Source: an uncultured Gammaproteobacteria bacterium (GTDB lineage: Bacteria > Patescibacteriota > Microgenomatia > UBA8517). Taken from it: a stretch of 64,000 nt of DNA. A model generated the notes under the pieces. That model did not search any database, was not told the origin of the DNA, and saw only the letters and a program-made list of their open reading frames with translations. The position numbers and the translations under genes were made by a program. Below, piece by piece: positions 47,755-58,478 of this stretch. Location: the NCBI GenBank assembly GCA_964431555.1, contig CAYSJW010000004.1, positions 9,951 through 73,950 on the forward strand, read 5' to 3'. Every line of letters begins with the position of its first letter. The stretch's first letter is position 1.

Positions 47755-48660
47755 CTAATTAAAAACCAAAATTTTAATTATTCTTATAGTCTTTAACAAT
47801 TTAATTCCCAGAATAACCAAGATATTTAATAAAAGTGGATATTTACTCCAAAGCCTCTTTCTATAAAAAATCTCCATAGAATTAACACCAGCTAATCTGT
47901 ATTTCAATATCTCGTTCCTTGATTTGCAAATAACATTTTTATTTTTCCCCTTGGAAGCCCCCTTAATGTGCATTATCTTTACTTTAGGATAATAAACTAT
48001 CTTCCAACCTGCGTTTCTAATTTTCCAGCAAAGATCAATATCCTCCCCATCTAAAAAATAATCTTCGTCAAACCACCCAACTTCATCTAGGATTTTTTTT
48101 CTAACCAAAAAAAAGGCTCCTTGTATAGCGTCAACTTCATGAATCTGATCTTCTGGAATATAACCGTACCAATATTTGGCAAAGATTCTAGACTTAGGAA
48201 AAATTCTATCCAACCTCAAATAAATATGAGTAAGACCTATCCAGGGAGTTATAAACGATCTTCTTGTATCTTTATCCAACCTACCATTCTTCAAAACAAC
48301 CTTACAAGTGGATGCTCCCACCTTTTTATTAATGTCCATAAAATTTACCATTTCCAAAAGCGTTTTTTTATAGACCAAGGTGTCCGAATTTAAAAACAAG
48401 ACATATTCTCCATCCACATAATCTCTGGCTTTATTATTCCCTCTCGCAAAACCTAAATTTTCCCCTATTTCAATTACCTTTTTAACCCAAGGAAAATCCC
48501 TTCTCAACATTTCTAAGGATCCATCAGAAGAACCATTGTCCGGAACAATAACTTCAAAATCAATCTCATTCCTAACCCTCTCTAAAGACAAAAGACAATT
48601 TTTTAAAAGATCTTTAGTATTGTAACTTAAAATAATAATTGAGAGTTTTATTTTTTTCAT
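47755..48660 (-). CDS. Glycosyltransferase family 2 (WbbL/rhamnosyltransferase-like)
   Basis: DNGSSD, N.GFA..NN, LNSD, GAF, FDEDYF..ED.D. Confidence 0.9.
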   Translation of the reverse strand: MKKIKLSIIILSYNTKDLLKNCLLSLERVRNEIDFEVIVPDNGSSDGSLEMLRRDFPWVKKVIEIGENLGFARGNNKARDYVDGEYVLFLNSDTLVYKKTLLEMVNFMDINKKVGASTCKVVLKNGRLDKDTRRSFITPWIGLTHIYLRLDRIFPKSRIFAKYWYGYIPEDQIHEVDAIQGAFFLVRKKILDEVGWFDEDYFLDGEDIDLCWKIRNAGWKIVYYPKVKIMHIKGASKGKNKNVICKSRNEILKYRLAGVNSMEIFYRKRLWSKYPLLLNILVILGIKLLKTIRIIKILVFN

Positions 48661-49850
48661 TTCCTCACCAACTCCTCATAAACAGGATCATGTAACTTGA
48701 CAATAGTTTTCCAATCAAAATTTCTCTCAACGTGTCTCCTTCCGGCAACCCCTATATTTCTAGCAAGCTTTTTATCATTTAAAAGTTTCAAAGCCTTATT
48801 AGCAATAGCATCATTGGTATCAGCAACCAGAACATTTTTTCCATCCTTCAGATCCAATCCAGCAACACCTATGCTTGTCGAAACCACAGGTAATCCAGAT
48901 GCCATAGCTTCCAAAATTTTAAGCCTTGTTCCTCCTGCTCCCTTTATGGGAGCAACCATTAAGTATGCACCCTTATACGCTTCTCTGGCGTCGGGAATAT
49001 TCTCCGTATATAAAATATCTCCCTTTTTACTTTCCATTTTAATCCAGGAGGGTATTTTCCTACCAACGATCCAAATTTTTACATTACTGCATCTTTTTTT
49101 TATGATTGGCCAAATATCCTTGATTAAGATTTCGGTTGCTTCCTGATTTTGAAGCCATTCAAAGTTGGTAACTCCGTAAAGTATTCTCGGAGGATAATAT
49201 TTTTTCACATGTTTTTCACGATAATACTTTGTGTCAACTCCATTCGGAATTATACCAACTTTCTTCCAAGGAACTATCTTAAGCATAGCCTCCCTATCTT
49301 CTAAAGAAACCGAAAAAAGCCGGTCAGCCCTCCCCCAGTAAAATCTTTCCCAAAACTTTATTTTGCAAACGTCCATAAGAAAAAAAGGCCTTAATATAAA
49401 AGGAATTTCATGCATAACATAATGTTTATAAACTTCATGCCAAATTGTCTGCTCGACTAAAATTGTAGGAACTGAAGTTTTTCCCAAATGAGGCATTACA
49501 TAAAATGTTTCTGCGTGGATCAAATCATAACTTTCCCCTTTAAGTTCCTTTTCTATCTCTCTTTTTTCCTCTAAAGAGCGATTTCTTACTACCAATAAGG
49601 GATATGGCCCGAAAATAGACAACAATATATTTCTTATTGTCCAAGGTTTCCTAGGGCGAGTAAATACTTTAACCTTTTTACAATACTTTAGAAGTTCTGG
49701 AATAAATTTTTTTTCACTATCATCTTTAATTAACGAAAACAAGGTAATATCGTGTTTTTTAGCAAGATATTTAATGATATTATACCAACGCGTTTGACCC
49801 CCACTCATGGTAATCGTAGGCAAATATGGTACAAGCATTAGTATCTTCAT
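48657..49850 (-). CDS. Glycosyltransferase family 4
   Basis: IPNGVD, G.RLKILEAMASG.PVV. Confidence 0.9.
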   Translation of the reverse strand: MKILMLVPYLPTITMSGGQTRWYNIIKYLAKKHDITLFSLIKDDSEKKFIPELLKYCKKVKVFTRPRKPWTIRNILLSIFGPYPLLVVRNRSLEEKREIEKELKGESYDLIHAETFYVMPHLGKTSVPTILVEQTIWHEVYKHYVMHEIPFILRPFFLMDVCKIKFWERFYWGRADRLFSVSLEDREAMLKIVPWKKVGIIPNGVDTKYYREKHVKKYYPPRILYGVTNFEWLQNQEATEILIKDIWPIIKKRCSNVKIWIVGRKIPSWIKMESKKGDILYTENIPDAREAYKGAYLMVAPIKGAGGTRLKILEAMASGLPVVSTSIGVAGLDLKDGKNVLVADTNDAIANKALKLLNDKKLARNIGVAGRRHVERNFDWKTIVKLHDPVYEELVRK

Positions 49851-51298
49851 ATTTTTCTCCTTTTTAAATCCAAAATTATATAACTGTCCGTCTTTTTCAC
49901 CAATTCAAAATTTTCAGATAATTCCTTGGTTTGAGAATCAAAATTAACAGAAACATAAAATTCCGCCCCTTTTTCTATCAGTTCATCAATAGACCTATCC
50001 AAATAAGGCCAACCATAACGATTAGTTTGATACAAAAAAGCCGTATCTGCATTATAAGGAGTGATAACAAGAGAATTCTTAGGAGCAAGTTTATCAAGAG
50101 CGCTTCCTGCCATTATTATCTCAGGGTGATTTACATTATAAAAATCTTTTATAGTAGATAAACTTGTGATAAAGCCTATCCCAAGGCAAAAAAAGAGTAC
50201 AAAAACTAGTGCAACTTTATTAAAACATTTTGTTTGAAACATCCAGAATGAACCTCTGGCCAAAATTAAAGAAATAGAGGGGATTATTAAAGTCTGATAG
50301 TAATCATGTCTAACATTCGCGGTTGCAACCAATATCAAATAAAAAGCAGAGCTTAAAAAAAATATTCTTTCGAAACTATTTTTGGATTTTACTAAAAAGC
50401 CTAAAACAAATGGCACCAAACCCCAGCCTCCCAAAATCAAATGTCCAATTCTCTCGCCGAAAATCCACCGCCAAAATGAAGGTCTAAAACGAATCCTATC
50501 CCCATTAAACATCCACTTCCAAAAGGGAATCCCTTCTGGGAATTGAGTTTCCCACAAACGCCACAAAACAAAAGGTAATATAATAATAAGCACAAAAACT
50601 ACTAAAGATGATAATAAAACCTTATCATTAAATACCTTTTTAAAACCGAAATTTCTCAAGAGTAGAAAAATCATTGGAATCGAATAAAAAAGTACGAAAG
50701 GTTTAACCAAAACTCCCAAAGATAAAAAAATAGCTGCGAAAAAAAGATAATAAACTTTATATCTCTCAACAAACAATATAAAAAATGACAAAGATAAAAG
50801 ACCCAAACAAACCGCCAAAGGTTCAGGCAAAATAACCCTTGAATAATAAATATTAAAGGGAATAAACAAAAATAAAAAAGACGAAACCAAACCATACCAT
50901 TTATTTTCAACCCATCTGCCTATAAAGAAAATCAAAATTCCCGAAATAATAGACAAAATTACCGAAAGAAGCCTACCCCAAATTTCCAATGAAAACTTTG
51001 GATAAATATTATAAAGAAGAAAATGTAAAAAATTGTATAAAGGAAATTCAACAAATCTATATCCACGGGGATTAAACTTACCTGTTTGTATTGTTGAAAT
51101 ATCATAATATCTTGGTAGTAAAAGATTTACACCTTCATTGACATAAATTCTTGTTACCGAAGAGGTGTCTGCCTGCCTCCAAGAGTGCCAATCGGCTACG
51201 GGATTCTCGATTTTATACAACCTAATTAAAAAAGCGAAAATTAGTATTAAAAACAAAATAAAATATTCTAGATATTTAAATCTCATAAATATTCTCAT
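49847..51298 (-). CDS. GT-C fold membrane glycosyltransferase (ArnT/PMT-like)
   Basis: Multi-TM, WRQADT loop after TM1, EFPLY, YYSR..LPE, HDYY. Confidence 0.78.
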   Translation of the reverse strand: MRIFMRFKYLEYFILFLILIFAFLIRLYKIENPVADWHSWRQADTSSVTRIYVNEGVNLLLPRYYDISTIQTGKFNPRGYRFVEFPLYNFLHFLLYNIYPKFSLEIWGRLLSVILSIISGILIFFIGRWVENKWYGLVSSFLFLFIPFNIYYSRVILPEPLAVCLGLLSLSFFILFVERYKVYYLFFAAIFLSLGVLVKPFVLFYSIPMIFLLLRNFGFKKVFNDKVLLSSLVVFVLIIILPFVLWRLWETQFPEGIPFWKWMFNGDRIRFRPSFWRWIFGERIGHLILGGWGLVPFVLGFLVKSKNSFERIFFLSSAFYLILVATANVRHDYYQTLIIPSISLILARGSFWMFQTKCFNKVALVFVLFFCLGIGFITSLSTIKDFYNVNHPEIIMAGSALDKLAPKNSLVITPYNADTAFLYQTNRYGWPYLDRSIDELIEKGAEFYVSVNFDSQTKELSENFELVKKTDSYIILDLKRRKI

Positions 51299-51299
51299 C

Positions 51300-52667
51300 C
51301 TAATATTCTCCTTTTTCTGTACTTAATAATCCCTGCGACATACCAATAAAAAACCAAAAAACTATTGCAAATTTTGAAGCTTCAAAAACATCTATAAAGA
51401 AAGCATTGATAAATATTCCGCTCAAACCGCCAAAAAGCCCAGCGACAAAAGCTAATTCCTCTTTAGCCAGAAATTTTTCGAAAGGAATTCTCTTTAAGAA
51501 TTCCAAAATTAACCTCAAAAATACCAAAATAAACGACAAAAAACCCAAAATTCCAGTTTCCCCCAAAGCTCTCAAGAAATCGTTATCTGTCGCCAGCGTT
51601 ATAGAAGAATAACCTGTTCCTAAAAGAGGATTTTTAATAAAGGCTCTCACCGCTCTGGGCCATTCAACATTCAAACGGATATTGCTTGACCTGTCCTCCA
51701 ATACAGGTGTTGGTGTAGGTGTTGGAGTGAACACATTTCTTTTAAGATTAATTTCGCTTTCTGCATACACCTTACCAACTAGATTAACATTATAACTAAA
51801 ACTTTCTTTTAAAACCTCTATTAACCTGGAGTATCTCAATAAAAGATTTGATGAATATAAGGCAAAAACCAAACTAAGTAAAACAATCGGTATTATAGCT
51901 TTGTATTTCTTAACCAATAAAAGCGCCAAAGAAACTGAAAAAAAATATGAAAATATTGAAATCCTTGATGCAGCGTTCACTAAAAGCCACATCGAAGCAA
52001 GATAAGCCGTAAAGATAATCAATTTATCAATAAAACTTGCAAAAATAAAAAAGGCGGTAATTATAATAGGTAAAACCATAACCAGAAAAGTTGCTAAATC
52101 ATAATGCCCGGCAAAAGTAGAATTTATATGGCCCCCCGGAACATAACGCAAAGCAATTCCTCTAGAATACTCTTGATTCTGTGTAACAATCATCGGCCAA
52201 TAAAAATTCTTCTGGCCATAACCGTAGATAAAAGCTAAAAAAACAACCACTAAAATTAACTTAAAGAAAAATGAAAAATTAATATTTTTTCTGATAATCT
52301 CCAGACCCAAAACAAAAGGTAAAAAATACTCAACTCTCCTTAGCCAATGAAAAAACCCGATTTTAAGATCGATAGTCTTGGTAATAAATGCCGATGATAA
52401 AAGCGAAATAAAAGCGATTGAAAGATAAAGAACCATAACTTTAACAATTTTGTTCTTTGTATAATATTTAATGTTCTGACTTAAGGATATAAATACAACG
52501 ACACCAACTAAAATTAATACAAGATCTTCAAAACGTATAGCCACAAAAGCCCCACTAATATTAAATAGTGGAAATTTCGGGTAAAGAGTAACCAGCAATA
52601 TTACTAGAGCACCTAAATATTTATAGATCCATTTAGGCAACCTTAAATGCTTTAATATATATCTCAT
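51300..52667 (-). CDS. O-antigen ligase / Wzy_C-like membrane protein
   Basis: Multi-TM, SR, R...W, NPLLGTG, DN..LR.LGE.G..G; contains TPTPTPTP. ATG at 52667 preferred. Confidence 0.8.
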   Translation of the reverse strand: MRYILKHLRLPKWIYKYLGALVILLVTLYPKFPLFNISGAFVAIRFEDLVLILVGVVVFISLSQNIKYYTKNKIVKVMVLYLSIAFISLLSSAFITKTIDLKIGFFHWLRRVEYFLPFVLGLEIIRKNINFSFFFKLILVVVFLAFIYGYGQKNFYWPMIVTQNQEYSRGIALRYVPGGHINSTFAGHYDLATFLVMVLPIIITAFFIFASFIDKLIIFTAYLASMWLLVNAASRISIFSYFFSVSLALLLVKKYKAIIPIVLLSLVFALYSSNLLLRYSRLIEVLKESFSYNVNLVGKVYAESEINLKRNVFTPTPTPTPVLEDRSSNIRLNVEWPRAVRAFIKNPLLGTGYSSITLATDNDFLRALGETGILGFLSFILVFLRLILEFLKRIPFEKFLAKEELAFVAGLFGGLSGIFINAFFIDVFEASKFAIVFWFFIGMSQGLLSTEKGEY

Positions 52668-53553
52668 AGGCTTTCCTCCCTTCAATCAAGCCAAAGATTA
52701 AAGCTCTCAATAACGCTCCGGCTTTCAAAAAAAATATTAAAAAAGGAAACTGCCAATTAGGCATATTTTTCTTATAGAAAATTTTAATTCCTTTATACTC
52801 AGAGATAATAGGAAACTCCTTAGTACTACTAGCGCCTCCAAGATGAATTATTTTCCACTTTGGTAAATAAAATACCCTTAAGCCCATTTTTTTTACTCGG
52901 TAACAATAATCAACTTCTTCTGTATACATAAAATAATCTTCATCGAAACCATTAACTTTATCGAATATTCCTTTTCTAGTAAGTAAAAATGCCCCAGTTA
53001 CCCAATCTTGCTCTCTTTCCTTATTAAATTGACTTAAACCTTTGTAGAAAAAGGACTTTTTATGAACTGGATGAAACGGTTTAATATAAAGGTCAAGCAG
53101 AGGTATATCTTCAACAAAAAACATCCAGCAAAAAACCCTAAATAATGTAGGAAAAAAACCCCCCGAACCTTGCAAGGTACCATCGTTATTTTTCAACGCG
53201 CAAGTAATTATCCCAACATCATTATTTTTATCCATCCAATCTATTATTTTACCAAAAATATTATTCTCAATGATTGTGTCTGAATTCAGAAACAACAAAT
53301 ATCTACCCTTGGCAATTTTCGCCGCTTTGTTATTAGCCTTAGCAAAACCTAAATTCTTTTTGCTTTTAATGATTCTAATATTTTTATAATTTTTATACTT
53401 TTTTACTAAAAAATCATACGAACCATCCACTGACGCATTGTCTATAATAATTATTTCGTAATTCAAACCTTTTGAATTTTTTAAAATTGACTTAATACAA
53501 TTATTAGTAATTATTTTCGTGTTGTAATTAACTATTGCTATCGAAAGTTCCAT
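52633..53553 (-). CDS. Glycosyltransferase family 2
   Basis: DNAS.D, NLGFAKANN, LNSD, FDEDYFMY.EE.D. Confidence 0.9.
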   Translation of the reverse strand: MELSIAIVNYNTKIITNNCIKSILKNSKGLNYEIIIIDNASVDGSYDFLVKKYKNYKNIRIIKSKKNLGFAKANNKAAKIAKGRYLLFLNSDTIIENNIFGKIIDWMDKNNDVGIITCALKNNDGTLQGSGGFFPTLFRVFCWMFFVEDIPLLDLYIKPFHPVHKKSFFYKGLSQFNKEREQDWVTGAFLLTRKGIFDKVNGFDEDYFMYTEEVDYCYRVKKMGLRVFYLPKWKIIHLGGASSTKEFPIISEYKGIKIFYKKNMPNWQFPFLIFFLKAGALLRALIFGLIEGRKAYEIYIKAFKVA

Positions 53554-54104
53554 AATTTTGACAAAACTTTAATAAAGTCATTTATCGTTTCTATCCAAGA
53601 TTTATAAATATAAGGGATTATTAATAAAGTAATTACACCTATCAACAATCTAATATAAATATTGCTATTTACAGCTTTAACAATAATTTTTTGCCTCCAA
53701 TTTTTATTTTCTATAATTATCGTGTCTTTAGGATCTTTTGGTTCAAAACCATTAATAAATATGCTTTCTCTAAAAGGATGAACAATTTCTTCTAAATAAG
53801 TGCTTCTTGTTTGGTCTCTTATAATTATTTGTGCTTCTTCTGGAGGATAATTTAATCTAAATGTAGGTAATTTAACCACATGTAAAAAATAATTATTTTT
53901 AAATTGATCTATATAATATTCAATAACTTCTTCTCTTTTATAATTTGTAAAATACGCTCTTCTTTTAATATCTTCTGTATCAGCTGGTTCATTTGATGTT
54001 AAGGAATCATCTATTTTTTCTGGAAATTTTAGATTTGGTATTAATAAATAATTTATAAATAATATTGTACAAATAATATATCCTATTTTCATGAAATATT
54101 TCAT
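53538..54104 (-). CDS. Hypothetical protein with two terminal TM helices
   Basis: 188-aa ORF co-oriented in the operon; soluble core SNEPADTE..LNYPPE..RDQTRS. Confidence 0.7.
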   Translation of the reverse strand: MKYFMKIGYIICTILFINYLLIPNLKFPEKIDDSLTSNEPADTEDIKRRAYFTNYKREEVIEYYIDQFKNNYFLHVVKLPTFRLNYPPEEAQIIIRDQTRSTYLEEIVHPFRESIFINGFEPKDPKDTIIIENKNWRQKIIVKAVNSNIYIRLLIGVITLLIIPYIYKSWIETINDFIKVLSKLWNFR

Positions 54105-54123
54105 GAGTAATAATACTATTCAA

Positions 54124-54768
54124 TTATATAAAAAGCTTAGATCTACCCAAAATATATGAATAATTATTAAGCTTTCTAACACCAATTTTTTTAGCAGGAA
54201 TCCCAGCTACAATTGTATTCTCCCGAACATCTTTAGTTACTACAGCCCCTGCGCAAACTACAGCTCCTTTACCAATTGAAACACCCGGTAAAATAATTGA
54301 TCTTGGACCTATAAAACAATAATCTCCAATCTTTACTTTATTAGATATCGCCTTAAATTCGGGATCATTTATATCATGCTCTGAATTGTAAATCATAACA
54401 TCTGAAGCAATATCCACGTGATTACCAATATGAAGTGATGATCTACCATCTAAAAGCGCGTTATTACCGATAATTGTATCTTCGCCAATCTTTACCCCCT
54501 TCGGTTCAAAAAACCTACAACCCATATGAATGGTTGAACCTTTACCAATTTTAACTCCTGCAGTCTTAAATATAAATTTCCGTATAATATGAAAAGGTAT
54601 ATGAAAACTAACAATATGTATCAAAAACAATCTAAAATCCAAAAAATAATTATAAAATCTACTTATAGCCTTTTTAAAAGCTTCATTTAAACTTAAAATA
54701 TTGCCGTTTTTATCACAAAAACAAATTCCTTTATTTGTAAATTTTATATTTTCTCTAAAAGGTATCAT
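54124..54768 (-). CDS. Hexapeptide-repeat (LbH) O-acetyltransferase
   Basis: IG.. hexapeptide repeats, GAVVTKDV..GIPAK. Confidence 0.92.
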   Translation of the reverse strand: MIPFRENIKFTNKGICFCDKNGNILSLNEAFKKAISRFYNYFLDFRLFLIHIVSFHIPFHIIRKFIFKTAGVKIGKGSTIHMGCRFFEPKGVKIGEDTIIGNNALLDGRSSLHIGNHVDIASDVMIYNSEHDINDPEFKAISNKVKIGDYCFIGPRSIILPGVSIGKGAVVCAGAVVTKDVRENTIVAGIPAKKIGVRKLNNYSYILGRSKLFI

Positions 54769-55889
54769 ACCGCATTTTCAATTAAACTAATCGTTTTTAT
54801 TGCAGTTTTATCCCAAGAAAATTTTTTAATTTGTTTAAAACCTTTTTCTACGAGATTATTATATTCTAATTCATTCATCAACAAAACTTTACTAATCCCT
54901 TCGGAAATACTAATCGGACTAAAAGGATCTACATAAATTCCAGCACTACCTCCCACTTCAGGAAGACTGGCAAGTTTACTTAAAACAACAGGTGTTCCGC
55001 AGGCAAGAGAAGATAAAACATCCATTCCAAAACCTTCCCAAAAAGAAGGTAAAACAAAAACTCTTGCTCCCTTTATAATCGCTGGTTTATCTTCCTCTGA
55101 AATATAATCTGTAAAAATTACTCTATTCTCAAGTTTTTTTTCTCTGACTTTATTGTAAATAGAATCATAAAGCCATCCCTTTTTACCCGCTATTACCAAT
55201 TTATACTCTGGAAACCTATCTTTTATTAAATAAAACCCTTCAATCAAACCTTCTATATTTTTACTAGGCTTTAACGTGCCAATAAACAAGATATAGTTTT
55301 CATCTATATTATATTTTTTCAATATTTGTCGCACAAAATTATTATTAATTTTTGTATTAAATCTTCTATTATCAAAACCATGATATATCACCCTAATTTT
55401 TTTTAAAGCAAAAGGATATTGTCGCACAATATCATTTTTCGTTGAATATGAAACAGCAATGATATATTTTGATACATATATAGAAATAGCAGTCCAGTAC
55501 TTTAATTGCCAATAATCATATTTTTTAAAATGATCCGAAAATTTGAGATATCCTAGGTCATGCAAGGTAAAAATTTTTGGTATCTTTAAAGATAATGGTA
55601 AGTAATGGGAAGGTGTAAAAAAAACATCAGGCCTAGGTCTTTTATATAACTGAAGCGTTAACTTTTTCAAAACCCAAAATTTATTTCCTTTTACGACCTT
55701 ATACTTCCAAAAAATATTTTCTTTCGGTAAATCGTCATTGGGATTAGATTTTAGAAATATCGAAAAAGTATTTGGATTACTTTTTAGGTTGTTAAGTCTA
55801 TAAAATCCCCATAATATCTCAAAAGCATAATTAGAAACACCTACTTTCTCTTTAGTATTGGCTTCATTACCATCTATAGCTATATGCAT
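54765..55889 (-). CDS. Glycosyltransferase family 4
   Basis: IAID, TLHDL, GTL.P.KN, EGFG. ATG at 55889 preferred. Confidence 0.9.
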   Translation of the reverse strand: MHIAIDGNEANTKEKVGVSNYAFEILWGFYRLNNLKSNPNTFSIFLKSNPNDDLPKENIFWKYKVVKGNKFWVLKKLTLQLYKRPRPDVFFTPSHYLPLSLKIPKIFTLHDLGYLKFSDHFKKYDYWQLKYWTAISIYVSKYIIAVSYSTKNDIVRQYPFALKKIRVIYHGFDNRRFNTKINNNFVRQILKKYNIDENYILFIGTLKPSKNIEGLIEGFYLIKDRFPEYKLVIAGKKGWLYDSIYNKVREKKLENRVIFTDYISEEDKPAIIKGARVFVLPSFWEGFGMDVLSSLACGTPVVLSKLASLPEVGGSAGIYVDPFSPISISEGISKVLLMNELEYNNLVEKGFKQIKKFSWDKTAIKTISLIENAV

Positions 55890-55986
55890 ATTCTTATAAA
55901 TTAACAATTCTACTCTATTAAAAGAAAAATTTAAATTTGATTATCAGCAAAACAAAAAATATCTAATAATATAAAAAAACAAAGTT

Positions 55987-57066
55987 CTAACTACTCTCTA
56001 GATAAACTTTTAATGTTTCTTTTGCGGTTCTTTCCCAAGAGTAATTTTTCAAACGCTTTAACCCCAATTTTATAAGTTTACTCCTATTTAAGATTGCTTT
56101 TCGAATGCCTTCATAAATAGAGTAAACATCGTAAGGATCAACTAAGACAGCGGCTCTACCCGCAACTTCTGCCATGCTACCTAAATTTGAAGTAACAACG
56201 GGAGTTTTACAAGAAAAAGCTTCCAAAATTGGAAGACCGAAACCTTCATATAAAGATGGATAAACCAGAGCTTCAGCTCCCGAATACAATGAAGGTAGGA
56301 TATCATAAGATACAAAACCGGTAAAAATCACTCCAGGAGTTTGAGGTAAATTTACAAAAGAATTACCAACAATTACCAACTGGATATCAGTTTCTGCTCT
56401 AATTTTCTCTAACGCTTCAATAATTCTTCTTGTATTCTTCCTTTCATTTACACCTACTGAAAGCAGATACTTTCCCCGAATTCTCAATCTTTGCTTAACT
56501 TTTTCAATTTCTCGTTTCTTGACAGGTTTAAAACTAGAATCCAAAGCTTCAGGAATCACTCTGATTTTCTCTCTCTTAAAACCTATATCTTCCAAATCCA
56601 AAGCTGTAGAAAAAGATGGAACTATAATTCTATCCACCTCTTTTCTTACCCATTCTAAACGCAATTTTTGATTATTAATCAACTTCGCTGAAGACAAAGC
56701 AGGGTATTTAACCGGAACAACATCGTGAACCGTCGTAACCTTGAAAGAGTTGGACGGCGGCTGAGTCCAATCAGAGGAGTGAAAAACATCTATCTTTCCA
56801 ATCAAATTTTCTATTCGAAAAAAATGCAGTCTATTCCAGATAATATCAGCCAAAGCCGGAGGAAACGGAAATACTTTAAAACTAAAGTTTATTGCTTTAA
56901 ATTTACTTAATATTGTTTTTAACTCCCCTATCCTCCTTAATGAACCGCCAAAAATAAGGTATTGATTCTCTTTATCATAAAGTAAAATATTCTCAATTAA
57001 ATTTCTCGTATAAACGGATACTCCTGTTCCATATATAATCTGTGAAGCGTCAATCGCTATTCTCAT
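55987..57066 (-). CDS. Glycosyltransferase family 4
   Basis: MRIAID, TVHD, RKN, YEGFGLPILEA. ATG at 57066 preferred. Confidence 0.92.
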   Translation of the reverse strand: MRIAIDASQIIYGTGVSVYTRNLIENILLYDKENQYLIFGGSLRRIGELKTILSKFKAINFSFKVFPFPPALADIIWNRLHFFRIENLIGKIDVFHSSDWTQPPSNSFKVTTVHDVVPVKYPALSSAKLINNQKLRLEWVRKEVDRIIVPSFSTALDLEDIGFKREKIRVIPEALDSSFKPVKKREIEKVKQRLRIRGKYLLSVGVNERKNTRRIIEALEKIRAETDIQLVIVGNSFVNLPQTPGVIFTGFVSYDILPSLYSGAEALVYPSLYEGFGLPILEAFSCKTPVVTSNLGSMAEVAGRAAVLVDPYDVYSIYEGIRKAILNRSKLIKLGLKRLKNYSWERTAKETLKVYLESS

Positions 57067-58474
57067 ACTCCCAGACAATTATACCGTTAAAATCATAAAT
57101 ATTCCCCCTTTTATAGCCTGAATTCTCAATATTTTGTTTTACCAAATCTTTTGGATCAAAAATATCCTGAAGATATCTTATATACCAAATTCTCTTTATC
57201 TTTTTATCAAGAAAATCATCCTTTTTAACAATTTCCTTTGGACCACCATAATACTGATAAGCCTCTCTTTGATAATCCGATGCAAAAACCAATGCAAAGT
57301 TGTTTTGAGACTCTTTTTTTACCTCACTTACCAACCCCCTCCAATTTTCACGGTGAAAGTTCGGTAAAAAAAGATACGACAACGCTGAAACTATACTCAC
57401 AGTCAGAGAAAAGATTAGAGCTATATTTTTCCAGCTTTTAGGCAGGTTCAAAATTAAGAAAGTAATGATAAGCAAGAATGGTGGAAGTATAAAAATCAAC
57501 CTAAAATAAGAAAATATCGATATAAATAAACCGATTATTGCCGAAAATATAAAAGGCAAAAAGAACCAATAAAGAAGAAGTATAAAATTCTTATTCTTTA
57601 GTAATTTTTTTGAAAAACCCTTTAAAAAACAAATAAAATAAAAGGCAGATAAGAAAGTTATCAAAGAAAAATACAAATTCTTGTTTTCCAAGCTTATTCT
57701 ACCCAAAATAAACTTAATCGGCACCAATGAAATACTCTTTAAATCAACCCTACCAAGTATATTCCACCACAAACTTCCAGTTTCTTTTACATTTAAACCA
57801 ATCCCAATTTGTTTAAATAAAATTGGACACCAAACAAGGAAAAAAATTATCAAAGGCATGTGAGAAAGAAAAAAATTCAACCACCATTTTTTATCCCTTA
57901 CGAATAAAAATCCATAAATCCAAAGAACTAAAATAACCATATTGGGTAAATAATCGGTCAAAAAATTTAAAACCAGAAATAAAGAAAACATCAACCAATA
58001 TATGTTTTTCCCAGATTCAATTGTTTTAATGTAAAGATAAAATAAAAAAAGTACTAAAAAGAGGGATAAGATATACATTCTCGCTTCCTGGGAATAATAA
58101 ATATGAAGACCATTAACTGCCAAAAATAAAGCCGAAACCAAACCAACTTCCCTTCCCAATAAGCTTCCAAGCTGGTAAATTAGATAAACCGAAACCACCC
58201 CCAAAATTAAGGAAAAACTTCTTAGAGCAATTTCAGAACTGCCGAAAATTCCACTCCAAAACTTCAAAATCAAGTAATATAAAGGGGGATGAAAATCATT
58301 AGGCGAAAATTTAGCGATAATCTCTGAATAACTCAAATTACGCACAACCAAACCAGAGGTTGCCTCATCCAACCAAAAAGACTGATTTAGATTTATCAAC
58401 CTTAAAAGAAAGGCCAAAATTAATATTGACAGTATTATTTTTTTTTCGATTATCTTATCAATTAAATTCACCAT
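57050..58474 (-). CDS. GT-C fold membrane glycosyltransferase (GT39/PMT_2-like)
   Basis: SFWLDE acidic motif after TM1, HPPLYY, SE..LR, YSQEARMY; multi-TM. Confidence 0.85.
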   Translation of the reverse strand: MVNLIDKIIEKKIILSILILAFLLRLINLNQSFWLDEATSGLVVRNLSYSEIIAKFSPNDFHPPLYYLILKFWSGIFGSSEIALRSFSLILGVVSVYLIYQLGSLLGREVGLVSALFLAVNGLHIYYSQEARMYILSLFLVLFLFYLYIKTIESGKNIYWLMFSLFLVLNFLTDYLPNMVILVLWIYGFLFVRDKKWWLNFFLSHMPLIIFFLVWCPILFKQIGIGLNVKETGSLWWNILGRVDLKSISLVPIKFILGRISLENKNLYFSLITFLSAFYFICFLKGFSKKLLKNKNFILLLYWFFLPFIFSAIIGLFISIFSYFRLIFILPPFLLIITFLILNLPKSWKNIALIFSLTVSIVSALSYLFLPNFHRENWRGLVSEVKKESQNNFALVFASDYQREAYQYYGGPKEIVKKDDFLDKKIKRIWYIRYLQDIFDPKDLVKQNIENSGYKRGNIYDFNGIIVWEYENSD

Positions 58475-58478
58475 TTTT

